Positions 15,917-27,248 of a stretch of DNA of 31,631 nt are shown here, piece by piece (the stretch's first letter is position 1; every line of letters begins with the position of its first letter). Source of the DNA: Acidimicrobiales bacterium (GTDB lineage Bacteria; Actinomycetota; Acidimicrobiia; Acidimicrobiales; UBA8190); NCBI GenBank assembly GCA_035506735.1, contig DATJOV010000082.1:1-31631 (forward strand). Direction: 5' to 3'. A model generated the notes under the pieces. That model worked only from the letters and a program-made list of their open reading frames with translations. It was not told where the DNA came from and did no database searches. The translations under genes were made by a program, and so were the position numbers.

Positions 15917-16702
15917 TCAGCCGTCGTATTCCTCGACCGTCCCCCCACCGCCCACGGTGGAGAGGACCGAGGCACCGGCGGTCCAGATGACCACCAGGTC
16001 GCCGAAGGTCTCGCCCTGGTCGAGGGTGACCCAGCCCCGCTTGCACAGCTCCAGCAGGGCCAGGAAGCGCACGATGATCTGCATGCGGGTGGTGCAGTGG
16101 GCGGTGAGCTGGCGGAAGCTGGCCCGGCCCTCGCCCGGCAGGCGCTCCTCGAGCTCCCCCACCGCCTCGGACACGGTGACGGCCTCCACCGTGACGTGGG
16201 AGAGGTCGAGGACGAGCTCGGGCCGGACCGCGGTCCCCGTCACGAAGGCGGCGGCCAGGCGCCCGGGGGTGATCCCGGCCAGGAGGTCGGGGGCGAGGTC
16301 GCGGAAGCGCTCCTCCAGCCCGGCGATGCGGGGGATGGAGCGCTTGGCCCGCTCGACCAGCACGGCGAAGGTGTCGGCGGCGGCGGCGTAGGCCTGGAGC
16401 TCGAGCAGGCGGGCCAGGAGGCGGTCCCGCTCCTCGAAGGCCCCCAGCTCCTCGTCCTCGTCGACCTCGTCGGCCCCGGGGAGGAGCCGCTTGGACTTGA
16501 GCTCGACCAGGATGGCGGCGATGACCAGGAACTCGGTGGCGGTCTGGAGGTCGAAGGGCTGGCGGGCCGTGATCTCGGCCACGAAGGCGTCCACGATCTC
16601 GGCGATCCGGATGTCGTAGACGTCGACCTTGTGGTCGGTCACGAGCTGCAACAGGACGTCGAACGGCCCCTCGTACACGGGCGTCGAGACCTGCGCCACC
16701 AC
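15917..16702 (-). CDS. scpA: Segregation and condensation protein A (kleisin)
   Basis: YEGPFDVLLQLV, EFLVIAAILVELKSKRLLP, FLALLEL, Q..TFGDL. GTG 16702 is 7 nt after TAACGT. Confidence 0.94.
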   Translation of the reverse strand: MVAQVSTPVYEGPFDVLLQLVTDHKVDVYDIRIAEIVDAFVAEITARQPFDLQTATEFLVIAAILVELKSKRLLPGADEVDEDEELGAFEERDRLLARLLELQAYAAAADTFAVLVERAKRSIPRIAGLEERFRDLAPDLLAGITPGRLAAAFVTGTAVRPELVLDLSHVTVEAVTVSEAVGELEERLPGEGRASFRQLTAHCTTRMQIIVRFLALLELCKRGWVTLDQGETFGDLVVIWTAGASVLSTVGGGGTVEEYDG

Positions 16703-16777
16703 GTCACCGACGTTACCGGCTCCCCCCCGCTCCCGGTTGCATCCCGCGTGAGCAGGGGTCCCGTACCATGGCCGCCC

Positions 16778-17776
16778 ATGGCCAGGGTGCTGTCGGGGGT
16801 GCAGCCCAGTGGGGAGCTCCATCTGGGGAACTACCTCGGGGCCCTCCGCGGCTGGGCCGAGGACCAGCACCGCTACGACGCCTACTTCTGCGTGGTCGAC
16901 CTCCACGCCCTCACCCTCGACTACGACCCGGCCCAGCTCGCCCCCCGCACCCTCCAGGCCGCCACCAGCCTCATGGCGGCCGGCCTCGACCCCGAGGTGT
17001 GCACCCTCTTCGTCCAGAGCCACGTCCCCGAGCACCCCCGCCTGACCTGGCTGCTCGAGTGCACCGCCACGGTGGGGGAGCTGCGCCGCATGACCCAGTT
17101 CAAGGACAAGGGGGGCGAGCAGGAGGGGTCGCGGGCCGGGCTCTTCACCTACCCCGTCCTCATGGCGGCCGACATCCTCCTCTACGACGCCGACCGGGTC
17201 CCGGTGGGCGACGACCAGCGCCAGCACCTCGAGCTCACCCGGGACGTGGCCATCCGCTTCAACCACCGCTACGGGGACACCTTCGTGGTGCCCGAGCCGG
17301 CTGTCCCCACGGTGGCGGCCCGGGTCATGGACCTCCAGGAGCCCACCCGCAAGATGTCCAAGTCGGTGCTCTCCCCCCAGGGGACCCTCCTCGTCCTCGA
17401 CCCCCCCGAGGTCCTCGAGCGCAAGGTGCGCCGGGCCGTGACCGACGCCGAGACCGAGGTCCGCTACGACCCCGAGGCCAAGCCGGGCGTCTCCAACCTC
17501 CTGGAGCTGCTGGCCTCGGCCACCGGGGCCGACCCCGCCGTGTTGGCCGGGGACTACGCCACCTACGGCGCCCTCAAGGCCGACACCGCCGCCGCCCTGG
17601 TGGAGCTGCTGCGTCCGGTGCGCCAGCGCTACGCCGAGCTCGAGGCCGATCCCGGCCACGTCACGGCCGTCCTCGAGCGGGGGGCGGCCAAGGCCCACGC
17701 CGTGGCCGGTCCCACCCTGGACCGGGCCATGCGGGCGGCCGGGCTCCTCCCTCCCCCGGGCGGCTTCGCCGCCTGA
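16778..17776 (+). CDS. trpS: Tryptophan--tRNA ligase
   Basis: SGVQPSGELHLGNY (HIGH), VDLHA, YPVLMAADILLY, VPVGDDQRQHLE, KMSKS. -10-like TACCAT at 16764-16769. Confidence 0.98.
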   Translation: MARVLSGVQPSGELHLGNYLGALRGWAEDQHRYDAYFCVVDLHALTLDYDPAQLAPRTLQAATSLMAAGLDPEVCTLFVQSHVPEHPRLTWLLECTATVGELRRMTQFKDKGGEQEGSRAGLFTYPVLMAADILLYDADRVPVGDDQRQHLELTRDVAIRFNHRYGDTFVVPEPAVPTVAARVMDLQEPTRKMSKSVLSPQGTLLVLDPPEVLERKVRRAVTDAETEVRYDPEAKPGVSNLLELLASATGADPAVLAGDYATYGALKADTAAALVELLRPVRQRYAELEADPGHVTAVLERGAAKAHAVAGPTLDRAMRAAGLLPPPGGFAA

Positions 17777-17803
17777 TCGGCGCGGCGTGGCCCCGGGGCG
17801 CCG

Positions 17804-18793
17804 TCACGCCACGAGGTGGCCGAACCAGGAGAGCGCCGGGCTGAAGACATGGCCGAGGGCGCCGGGGAAGAGCACCACCACGGCCAGGGGGATGAAGATG
17901 GTGAAGGGACGCAGGCGGTAGTAGTGGGGCAGGGCCTGGCGGGGCAGGAGGCGCTCGAGGACGGCCGACCCGTCGAGCGGGGGCAGGGGGATGAGGTTGA
18001 AGGCGGCCAGGATGACGTTCACGAAGCCGGCCACGAACACGTACTGGGCCCAACCCGGCAGGTCCGACAGGTACACGCCGGCCGGGGAGCCGAGCCCGGC
18101 CTCTTGCCGAACCGGCGCCGGCACGAAGTGCTTCACCGCCGCCGCGCACAGCAGGGCCAGGAGGATATTGACGGCCGGGCCGACCAGCGACACCAGCACG
18201 GCTTGGTTGCGGGGGTGCCGGAGGCCGGCGATGTTGACCGGCACCGGCTTGGCGTAGCCGAGGATCCCCACGCCGCTCAGGGCCATGATGGCGGGCAGGA
18301 TGATGGTCCCGAAGGGGTCGATGTGGGGGACGGGGTTGAGCGTGAGGCGCCCGGCTCGCTTGGCCGTGTCGTCGCCGCACGCCAGGGCCACGGCCCCGTG
18401 GGAGACCTCGTGGAGGATCACCGACGGGATCAGGGCGCCCAGCATGAGCAGCTCGAAGCTGGTGATCCTGTGCACGCGCACCAGCAGGACGAGCACGGCG
18501 ACCCCGATGGCCACCCACACGACGGTGCGGGGGTCGCGTGGGCGTCGGGGGCGAGCCGACGGCGGCCCGCCCGAGCGGTCCGGCCACCGGGCCGACATGT
18601 TCACGTAGTCGGGCCCTCTCCCCGCCTGCCCCCCACCCCGGGGCGGCCAGGGCGCGCCGGGCTCGATGTACTCGGGGCGCTCCGGTGCGGGGTGCTGGCC
18701 CTCCCCCGGCGGCCACCACGATCCCTCCGGGGGCGGGGATCCCGGGTCGGGCGGCCCCGGGGGGCCGCCGTGCTCCTCCCAGGCGTCGGTCAT
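17804..18793 (-). CDS. Site-2 protease (peptidase M50) with a Pro-rich N-terminal extension
   Basis: HEVSH (HExxH), GRLTLNPVPHIDPFGT, VSLVGPAVN, FNLIPLPPLDG. Confidence 0.93.
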   Translation of the reverse strand: MTDAWEEHGGPPGPPDPGSPPPEGSWWPPGEGQHPAPERPEYIEPGAPWPPRGGGQAGRGPDYVNMSARWPDRSGGPPSARPRRPRDPRTVVWVAIGVAVLVLLVRVHRITSFELLMLGALIPSVILHEVSHGAVALACGDDTAKRAGRLTLNPVPHIDPFGTIILPAIMALSGVGILGYAKPVPVNIAGLRHPRNQAVLVSLVGPAVNILLALLCAAAVKHFVPAPVRQEAGLGSPAGVYLSDLPGWAQYVFVAGFVNVILAAFNLIPLPPLDGSAVLERLLPRQALPHYYRLRPFTIFIPLAVVVLFPGALGHVFSPALSWFGHLVA

Positions 18794-18806
18794 GGCGGGG
18801 TCGCCG

Positions 18807-19148
18807 TCAGTGCTTGTGCTTGGCGGCGCAGTCGATGCAGTAGCGCGCCGCCGGCTTGGCTTCGAGCCGGAGGGGGTCGATGGGCTGCCCGCAGTCCTCG
18901 CAGCGGCCGTAGCTCCCCTGCCCGAGCTTGTCGAGGGCCCGCTCCACCTCGCCCAGGGTGTCCCGCAGGGTGGCTCCCAGGGCCTCCACTTCGCCACGCT
19001 CCGCGGTCACCTGGCTGGAGTCGGCGAAGTTGGAGTCATAGGTCAGGCCCGCGCCGGACAGACCCAGCTCCTCCAGTCTGGCCAGGAGCTCGGCCTTCTC
19101 CTCCTCCAGGAGGGCCCGGTAGTCGACGGTCGACGCCTCGGACTGCAC
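18807..19148 (-). CDS. DksA/TraR C4-type zinc-finger protein
   Basis: Coiled-coil N-terminus; ALDKL..GSYGRCEDCG.PI...RLEAKP.ARYCIDC. GTG 19148 is 7 nt after TAGTCT. Confidence 0.9.
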   Translation of the reverse strand: MQSEASTVDYRALLEEEKAELLARLEELGLSGAGLTYDSNFADSSQVTAERGEVEALGATLRDTLGEVERALDKLGQGSYGRCEDCGQPIDPLRLEAKPAARYCIDCAAKHKH

Positions 19149-19158
19149 CGGTACGAGA

Positions 19159-20150
19159 CTACTGCCCCACCCCTCGCCTGGCGCGCGGATGGGCCTGCTC
19201 GTAGGCGGTGCGCAGGTGCTCCAGGGTGACCTTGGTGTAGAGCTGCGTGGTGGCGATGGAGACGTGGCCGAGCAGCTCCTGGACCACGCGGATGTCGGCC
19301 CCGTGGGCCAGCATGTGGGTGGCGCAGGAATGGCGCAGGACGTGGGGGTGGACCAGCTCCTCGATCCCGGCCGCCCGGGCCCGCTTCTTGAGGATGCCCC
19401 ACACCCCCTGGCGGGTCAGCCGCCCCCCCCGGGCGTTCAGGAACACGGCCTCGGCGTCGCCCCGCCGGGCCCAGCGCCGGGGCTCGAGCAGTGGCCGTCC
19501 CCACGGCCCGAGCCAGTCCTCCAGGGCCCGGTCGGCGCAGCGCCCCACCGGGACCAGGCGCTCCTTGTCGCCCTTGCCCAGGACCCGCACCAGCCCGGTG
19601 TCCGAGCCCAGGTCGGCCAGGCTCAGCCCGGCCAGCTCCGAGACCCGCATCCCGGTCCCGTACAGGAGCTCGAGGATGGCCCGGTCCCGCAGGGCCACGG
19701 GGTCGTCGCCGGCGGTGGCGCCGAGGAGGCGGTCCACGTCCTCCTCCTCCAGGGCCTTGGGCAGGCGCCCGGGCAGGCGGCCCGTCTCGACGTCGGCGCT
19801 GGGGTCGTCCCCGGCCAGGCCCTCCTCGGCCAGGAAGCGGTGCAGGCCCCGGACCGCCGCCAGGGCCCGGGCCACCGAGGCGGCCCCCAGGCCCTCCGCC
19901 CGCCGGGCCGCCAGGTGGGCCTCGATGTCGCCCGGCCCGGCCCGCTCCGGGGCCCGGCCCCGGGCCCGGAGGTCGGCCTCGTAGTGGCGCAGGTCCCGCC
20001 GGTAGGCGGCCACGGTGTTGCGGGCCCGGCCCTGGTCCACCGCCAGCCAGGTGAGGAACTCCTCGCTCCCCGGGCTCAGCTGGCCCCCCTCGTCGTCGGC
20101 GGGGTCGGGGGGCCGGGGCCGTCGACGGCCCGCCACGACCGAGCCCGGCG

Positions 20151-20154
<4 letters not shown>
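19159..20154 (-). CDS. xerD: Site-specific tyrosine recombinase XerD
   Basis: SAM-like N-domain (NTVAAYRRDL); catalytic set GMRVSE, GKGDKER, HPHVLRH, LLGH, TTQLYT. Usual context after the NUDIX gene. GTG 20154 overlaps the NUDIX TGA. Confidence 0.93.
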
Positions 20155-22398
<2,244 letters not shown>

Positions 22399-22421
22399 TC
22401 ACGGTAGACCACGCACCGAGG

Positions 22422-24029
22422 CTACCGGTGGAAGGCGGGGGGCCCGCCCGTGGCCTCGAGGAGCTCCTCGGCGTGGCGGCGCGCCGTGGCCGAGTCGGGC
22501 GTCCCCGAGAGCATGCGGGCCAGCTCGACCACGCGGTGCTCGCCCTCCACCGCGGCGGTGCGGGCCACGGTGCGCCCCGACACCACGTCCTTGCGCACGG
22601 CCAGCTGGCACCGGGCGAAGGCGGCCACCTGGGCCAGGTGGGTGACCACCAGGACCTGGTGCCGCCCGGCCACCTCGGCCAGCGCCGCCCCCACGGTGCG
22701 CGCCGCCTCCCCGCCGATGCCGGCGTCGACCTCGTCGAAGACCATGGTGGGCGGGGCATCGGTGAGCACCAGGCGCAGGGCCAGCATGGCCCGGGCCAGC
22801 TCGCCCCCCGAGGCCACCTTGGCCAGGGGCAGCACGCCCTCCCCCGGGTTGGCCCCGAGCCCGAAGGTCACCTCGTCGCCCGGCTCGGTCTCGCCCACGG
22901 CCACCTCCAGGCGGGCCCGGGGCATGGCCAGGGCCCGCAGGCGCTTCTGCACCGCCGCCGCCAGCCGGGGGGCGGCGGCCCGCCGGGCCGCGCCCACCAC
23001 CGCCGCCGCGGCCGCCTCGTCGGCCTCGGCCCGGCGGCGCCGGTCCTCCCACGCCGCGGCCCGCTCCTCGGTGGCGTCGAGCTCGGCCAGCCGGGCCCGG
23101 GCCTCGGTGGCGTAGGCCAGCACCCCGGCCGGGCCCTCCCCGTACTTGCGCGACAGCTCCCGCAGGAGCTGGCGCCGGGCCCGGACCTGGGCCAGGCGCT
23201 CGGGGTCGTCGCCCCAGGTCTCCACCACCCGGCGCAGCTCGGAGGCGGCGTCGGCCGCCTCGGCCTGCAGGGCGGCCAGGCGCTCGGACAGCTCGGCCAG
23301 GGGGGCCCGCCCGTCGAGGACGGCCCGGGCCGCACCCAGGCGGTCCACGGCGGCCCCTCCCCCGCCCTCGTCGCCGTCCAGGGCGGCCAGGGCGGCCGCC
23401 GCCGCCTGGCGGTGGGCGCTCGCCTCGGCCAGGCGCTCCTCCTCGGTGGCGAGCTCGTCGTCCTCCTCCGGCCCCCCCAGCCCGGCCCCGTCGATCTCCT
23501 CCAGCTGGTAGCGCAGCAGGTCGGCCTCCCGGGCCCGGGCGCGGTCGTCGCCTCCCAGGGCGGCGAGCTCCTCCTCGGCCCGGCGCCGCTCCCCCCGGGC
23601 CGCCGTCAGGGGACCGAGGTCCACGGCCCCGAAGGCGTCCAGGGCCCGGCGCTGGGCGGCGGGGTCGAGGAGCGACTGGTGGCTGTGCTGCCCGTGGAGG
23701 TCGAGGAGGCGGGCCCCGGCCTCGGCCAGCGCCCCCACCGGGGCCATGCGCCCGTCGATCCAGGCCCGGGAGCGGCCCTGGGCCGGGACGGCCCGGGCCA
23801 GGATGACCTCGTCGTCGCCCACCACGAAGCGGGCCTCGACCAGGGCCTCGCTGGCCCCGGGCCGCACCAGGGCGGGATCGGCCCGGCCCCCGGTGAGCAG
23901 CTCCAGGGCCTCGACCAGCAGGGTCTTGCCCGCCCCGGTCTCGCCCGTGAGGGCGGTCATGCCCGGACCGAGGTCGAGCGCCACCGACTCGATGACCCCG
24001 AGGTCGCGCACCCGCAGCTCCACCAGCAC
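22422..24029 (-). CDS. recN: DNA repair protein RecN
   Basis: Walker A GETGAGKT, HGQHSHQ, signature ASGGE, Walker B FDEVDAGIGG, VTHLAQVAA. Confidence 0.97.
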   Translation of the reverse strand: MLVELRVRDLGVIESVALDLGPGMTALTGETGAGKTLLVEALELLTGGRADPALVRPGASEALVEARFVVGDDEVILARAVPAQGRSRAWIDGRMAPVGALAEAGARLLDLHGQHSHQSLLDPAAQRRALDAFGAVDLGPLTAARGERRRAEEELAALGGDDRARAREADLLRYQLEEIDGAGLGGPEEDDELATEEERLAEASAHRQAAAAALAALDGDEGGGGAAVDRLGAARAVLDGRAPLAELSERLAALQAEAADAASELRRVVETWGDDPERLAQVRARRQLLRELSRKYGEGPAGVLAYATEARARLAELDATEERAAAWEDRRRRAEADEAAAAAVVGAARRAAAPRLAAAVQKRLRALAMPRARLEVAVGETEPGDEVTFGLGANPGEGVLPLAKVASGGELARAMLALRLVLTDAPPTMVFDEVDAGIGGEAARTVGAALAEVAGRHQVLVVTHLAQVAAFARCQLAVRKDVVSGRTVARTAAVEGEHRVVELARMLSGTPDSATARRHAEELLEATGGPPAFHR

Positions 24030-24039
24030 GGTCCGGCCC

Positions 24040-24873
24040 TCAGCGATCGGGGAGGTGGAAGCGCGAGCGCAGGATGGAGAAGAAGTCGCGGGGCCCGAAG
24101 GTGACCAGGCGGGCGGGCTGGTCGCCCACCCGGCACACCACGGCGTCCCCGGGCTCGAGCCGCTCGCCCCCCTGGCCGTCGAGGACCAGCACGGCGGGAC
24201 GCGGTCCCACCAGCTCGAGGCGCACCCACTGCTCGGGCTCGAGGACCAGGGGACGGTCGAAGATCATGTGGGGCGAGACCGGGGTGAGCACCAGGGCCCG
24301 CAGCCCGGGGCTGAGGATGGGACCCCGGGCCGAGAGGTTGTAGGCGGTGGAGCCGGTGGGGGTGGCCACGAGCAACCCGTCGGCCACGTAGGTGACGAAG
24401 GGCCTTCCCCCGATCGAGGCCGTCATGCGGATGGTGTGGCCGGGGACGGTCTTCTCCACCGCGGCCTCGTTGAGCACGGCCCGGGGCGGACCCACGGCCG
24501 CGCCGGGCCCGCTCTCGTGGGTGACCTCGAGGGTCATCCGGGTCTCGAGGGTGTAGTCACCGGCGAGGAAGCGCTCCAGGGCGGCGGTGAGCCCGGCCGG
24601 CTCGACCTCGGTCAGGTAGCCCAGCCGTCCCAGGTTGACCCCCAGGACCGGTGTCCCCCGGGCGGTGGCCAGGGCCACGGTGCGGAGCATGGTCCCGTCG
24701 CCCCCGAGGCTCACGGCCAGGTCCACCGACCCGTCGAACCCCCCGGCCGGGTCGGCGCCCTCGCCCACCTCCCGGGCGTGGTGGCCGCCCGCCTCGAGCC
24801 ACAGCGCGACCCGGCGGGCCAGGGCGGGGGCGTCGGGGTGCTCGGGGTGCACGACCAGGGCCACGGTGGCCAC
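24040..24873 (-). CDS. nadK: NAD(+) kinase
   Basis: SLGGDGTMLR, GVNLGRLGYL, VLNEA, DGLLVATPTGSTAYNLSA. Start GTG 24873 is 4 nt after the tlyA stop. Confidence 0.96.
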   Translation of the reverse strand: MATVALVVHPEHPDAPALARRVALWLEAGGHHAREVGEGADPAGGFDGSVDLAVSLGGDGTMLRTVALATARGTPVLGVNLGRLGYLTEVEPAGLTAALERFLAGDYTLETRMTLEVTHESGPGAAVGPPRAVLNEAAVEKTVPGHTIRMTASIGGRPFVTYVADGLLVATPTGSTAYNLSARGPILSPGLRALVLTPVSPHMIFDRPLVLEPEQWVRLELVGPRPAVLVLDGQGGERLEPGDAVVCRVGDQPARLVTFGPRDFFSILRSRFHLPDR

Positions 24874-24877
24874 GGGA

Positions 24878-25789
24878 CTAGTCGTCGCCCGGCCCGGGGG
24901 CACGGGGAGCTGCCTGGGCGCCGGCCGGCGGCGCGTCGGGGGCCTCGCCCACGGCGGCGTCGAGCATGGCCAGCACCCCGGCCTCGAGCGACCCCGGGGT
25001 GACCCCTGTCCCCCCCGGGGCGACGGGGGCGGCGTGGGCCCGGGCACGGACCAGGAACTCGGCGTTGCCGGCCGGACCGAGCAGGGGGGACGCCATGGCC
25101 CCCATGATGGCGGCTCCCTGCGACACCAACGCGGAGGCGGCCCGCTCCAGGGCCTCCCGGCGCACGGCCGGGTCCCTGATGACCCCCCGCCCCCGGGCGG
25201 CGTGGCGGCGCCCCGCCTCGAACTGGGGCTTCACCAGCACCACGAGCTCGGCGTCGGGGAGGGCCAGGGTCCCGGCCAGGACGGGGGCCACGGTGGCCAG
25301 GGAGATGAAGGAGAGGTCGGCCACCACCACCGGGAAGGGGCCCCCCACGGCGGCGGGATCGAGGGCCCGCACGTCGGTGCGTTCGAGCACCCGGACGCGC
25401 CGATCGTGACGCAGGGACGGGTCGAGCTGTCCGTAGCCGACGTCGACGGCCACCACCTGGGCCGCCCCCCGCCGCAGCAGGCAGTCGGTGAAGCCCCCGG
25501 TGGAGGCCCCGGCGTCGAGACAGCGCCGCCCCGCCACCGCCACCCCGAAGCGGGTCAGGGCGGCGTCGAGCTTGGCCCCGCCGCGCGACACGAAGCGCGC
25601 CGTGTCGTCGCCGGCCAGCACCACCACGGCCTCGGACGCCGCCACCAGCCGGGAGGCCTTGTCGGCGGGGGCCCCGCCCACCAGCACGGCGCCGCTCGCC
25701 ACCAGGGTCCGGGCCCCCTCACGCGAGCCGGCCAGGCCTCGCCGCACGAGCTCGGAGTCGAGCCGGCGGCGAACGGGGGCAGGTGTCAG
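24878..25789 (-). CDS. tlyA: TlyA family 16S/23S rRNA 2'-O-methyltransferase; probable CTG start at 25789 (first canonical start is GTG 25747)
   Basis: S4-type [12 protein letters not shown] (partly upstream of GTG 25747), [54 protein letters not shown]. Confidence 0.94.
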   Translation of the reverse strand: MTPAPVRRRLDSELVRRGLAGSREGARTLVASGAVLVGGAPADKASRLVAASEAVVVLAGDDTARFVSRGGAKLDAALTRFGVAVAGRRCLDAGASTGGFTDCLLRRGAAQVVAVDVGYGQLDPSLRHDRRVRVLERTDVRALDPAAVGGPFPVVVADLSFISLATVAPVLAGTLALPDAELVVLVKPQFEAGRRHAARGRGVIRDPAVRREALERAASALVSQGAAIMGAMASPLLGPAGNAEFLVRARAHAAPVAPGGTGVTPGSLEAGVLAMLDAAVGEAPDAPPAGAQAAPRAPGPGDD

Positions 25790-26265
25790 GCGCCGGCCTT
25801 CTTGGCGGCGGCCTTCTTGCCGGCCGCCTTCTTGGCCGTGGCCTTCTTGGCCGAGGCCTTCTTCGACCCCGACTTGGCCGCCGTCTTCTTGGGCGCCGAC
25901 TTCTTGGCCCCCGCACCGGTCTTGGGGGACTTGGCCGGGCCCCGCGCCTTGCGGCCCGTGGCATGGCGGGCCGCGGCCGAGGAGCGGGCCAGGATGTCGG
26001 CCACCTTCTTGGCGAGGTCGTCGACGTTGGTGAAGCCCAGCTCCTTGAGCTGGCCCCGCACCTCGGAGCGCACCGTGGCCACCAGGGCCTCGGATCGGTC
26101 CTTGCTCGCCTTCACGAGGTCCTCGACCCAGTCCTGGGCCCGGTTGCGCTCGATCTCCCCGGTCTTGATGAGCTCGCGCACGAGCTCCTCGGCACGGGCC
26201 CGGGTGATCTGGGTCAGCGCCATGCCGGCCTCGACATAGCGGCGCAGTCCGTCGTTCTCACTCAT
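25786..26265 (-). CDS. Phasin-like helical protein with a histone H1-like Lys/Ala tail
   Basis: Amphipathic [28 protein letters not shown] domain followed by a KKAxA tail; ATG 6 nt after TAGCGT. Confidence 0.8.
   Translation of the reverse strand: MSENDGLRRYVEAGMALTQITRARAEELVRELIKTGEIERNRAQDWVEDLVKASKDRSEALVATVRSEVRGQLKELGFTNVDDLAKKVADILARSSAAARHATGRKARGPAKSPKTGAGAKKSAPKKTAAKSGSKKASAKKATAKKAAGKKAAAKKAGA
25789..25863 (-). repeat. Five tandem 15-nt repeats encoding [25 protein letters not shown]
   Basis: Plus-strand units each end in gccttctt, starting at 25789, 25804, 25819, 25834 and 25849. Confidence 0.9.
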
Positions 26266-26367
26266 GACGCCACGCTACGGCCCGCCCCCCGCCGCGGCAA
26301 GGGTCGTTGGACCGTTTGCCCCGTGGGGCACGGCGGGTGGCCCGCCGGCCCCGGCGGCGGCGGCCCG

Positions 26368-27138
26368 TCACGGCACGAGGCGCGCCACCAGGGCGGCGAG
26401 GTCAGGGGCGCGCTCGTCCGGTTCGACCACCATGGGCTCGCGCCCGTCGGAGGTGACGCCCGAGGCCACGTGGGCGAAGGGCACGCCCAGCCGGCGCGCC
26501 AGCGCGCCGTCGGTGGCGGGGCGGTCCCCCACCATCATCACGGCCCGGGGGGCCCGGGCCCGCACCAGGGCCACCATGGCGTCGTGCGGCTTCCCCGCCA
26601 CCTCCGGGGTGGCCTGGGCGGCGGTGGCGACCGCCGCCAGGAGCGCCCCCGAGCCGGGGAGGAGGCGCTCGGGGGTGGGATGGGTGGCGTCCTCGTTGGT
26701 CCCGATGAAGCGGGCACCGGTGCGGACAGCGGTGGCGGCGTCGGCGAGCATGGCGAAGTCGAAGCGCCGCGTCCATCCCACCACCACGGCGTCGGCCGGG
26801 GCGGCGGGGACGATGGCGACCCCGCGCCGCTCCAGGGCCTCGACCACGCCGGCGTCGCCGCACACCACGGCGCTCGACCCCGGTTCGAGCATGGACGCGG
26901 CGGCCTGGGCCGAGGTCACGACCTCGTCCTCGGTCACGGCGATGCCGGCCCGGGCCAGGCGCCCGGTCAGCTCGGCCAGGGTGGGGGCGGCGTTGTTGGT
27001 GGCGAACAGCACGCCGTGGCCGGCGGCCCGCAGGGCGGCCACGGCCTCGGCCGATCCCGGGATGGGGTCGGCCGACAGCCAGATCACGCCGTCGAGGTCG
27101 ATGACCCAGGTCCCGTGGTCCGCCTCCGGTGCCGGCAC
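26368..27138 (-). CDS. HAD-IIA (NagD-like) phosphatase
   Basis: IDLDGVIW (motif I), [32 protein letters not shown] 27138 is 6 nt after CAACAT. Confidence 0.92.
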   Translation of the reverse strand: MPAPEADHGTWVIDLDGVIWLSADPIPGSAEAVAALRAAGHGVLFATNNAAPTLAELTGRLARAGIAVTEDEVVTSAQAAASMLEPGSSAVVCGDAGVVEALERRGVAIVPAAPADAVVVGWTRRFDFAMLADAATAVRTGARFIGTNEDATHPTPERLLPGSGALLAAVATAAQATPEVAGKPHDAMVALVRARAPRAVMMVGDRPATDGALARRLGVPFAHVASGVTSDGREPMVVEPDERAPDLAALVARLVP

Positions 27139-27248
27139 CGGGCCATGTTGGCAGACGGCACCGCCGGTACAGTGCAACGCGCCGGGCCGTGCCGCCTGTC
27201 CGGCAGCGGCACCCCGTCCCGCCGGCCGACGGACCGAGGAGGAGCCCC

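Noticed and set aside
24878-26259. -1 frameshift fusing the phasin-like protein to TlyA (the tlyA frame is open across the upstream gene)
   Set aside because: No X XXY YYZ slippery site was seen, open alternative frames are common in GC-rich genes, and a CTG start is the simpler explanation.
27174-27248. Trp attenuator or leader peptide before trpB2 (also a T-box before trpS)
   Set aside because: The trpB2 leader has no tandem Trp codons or terminator, and the trpS intergenic region is only 75 nt and shared with scpA.
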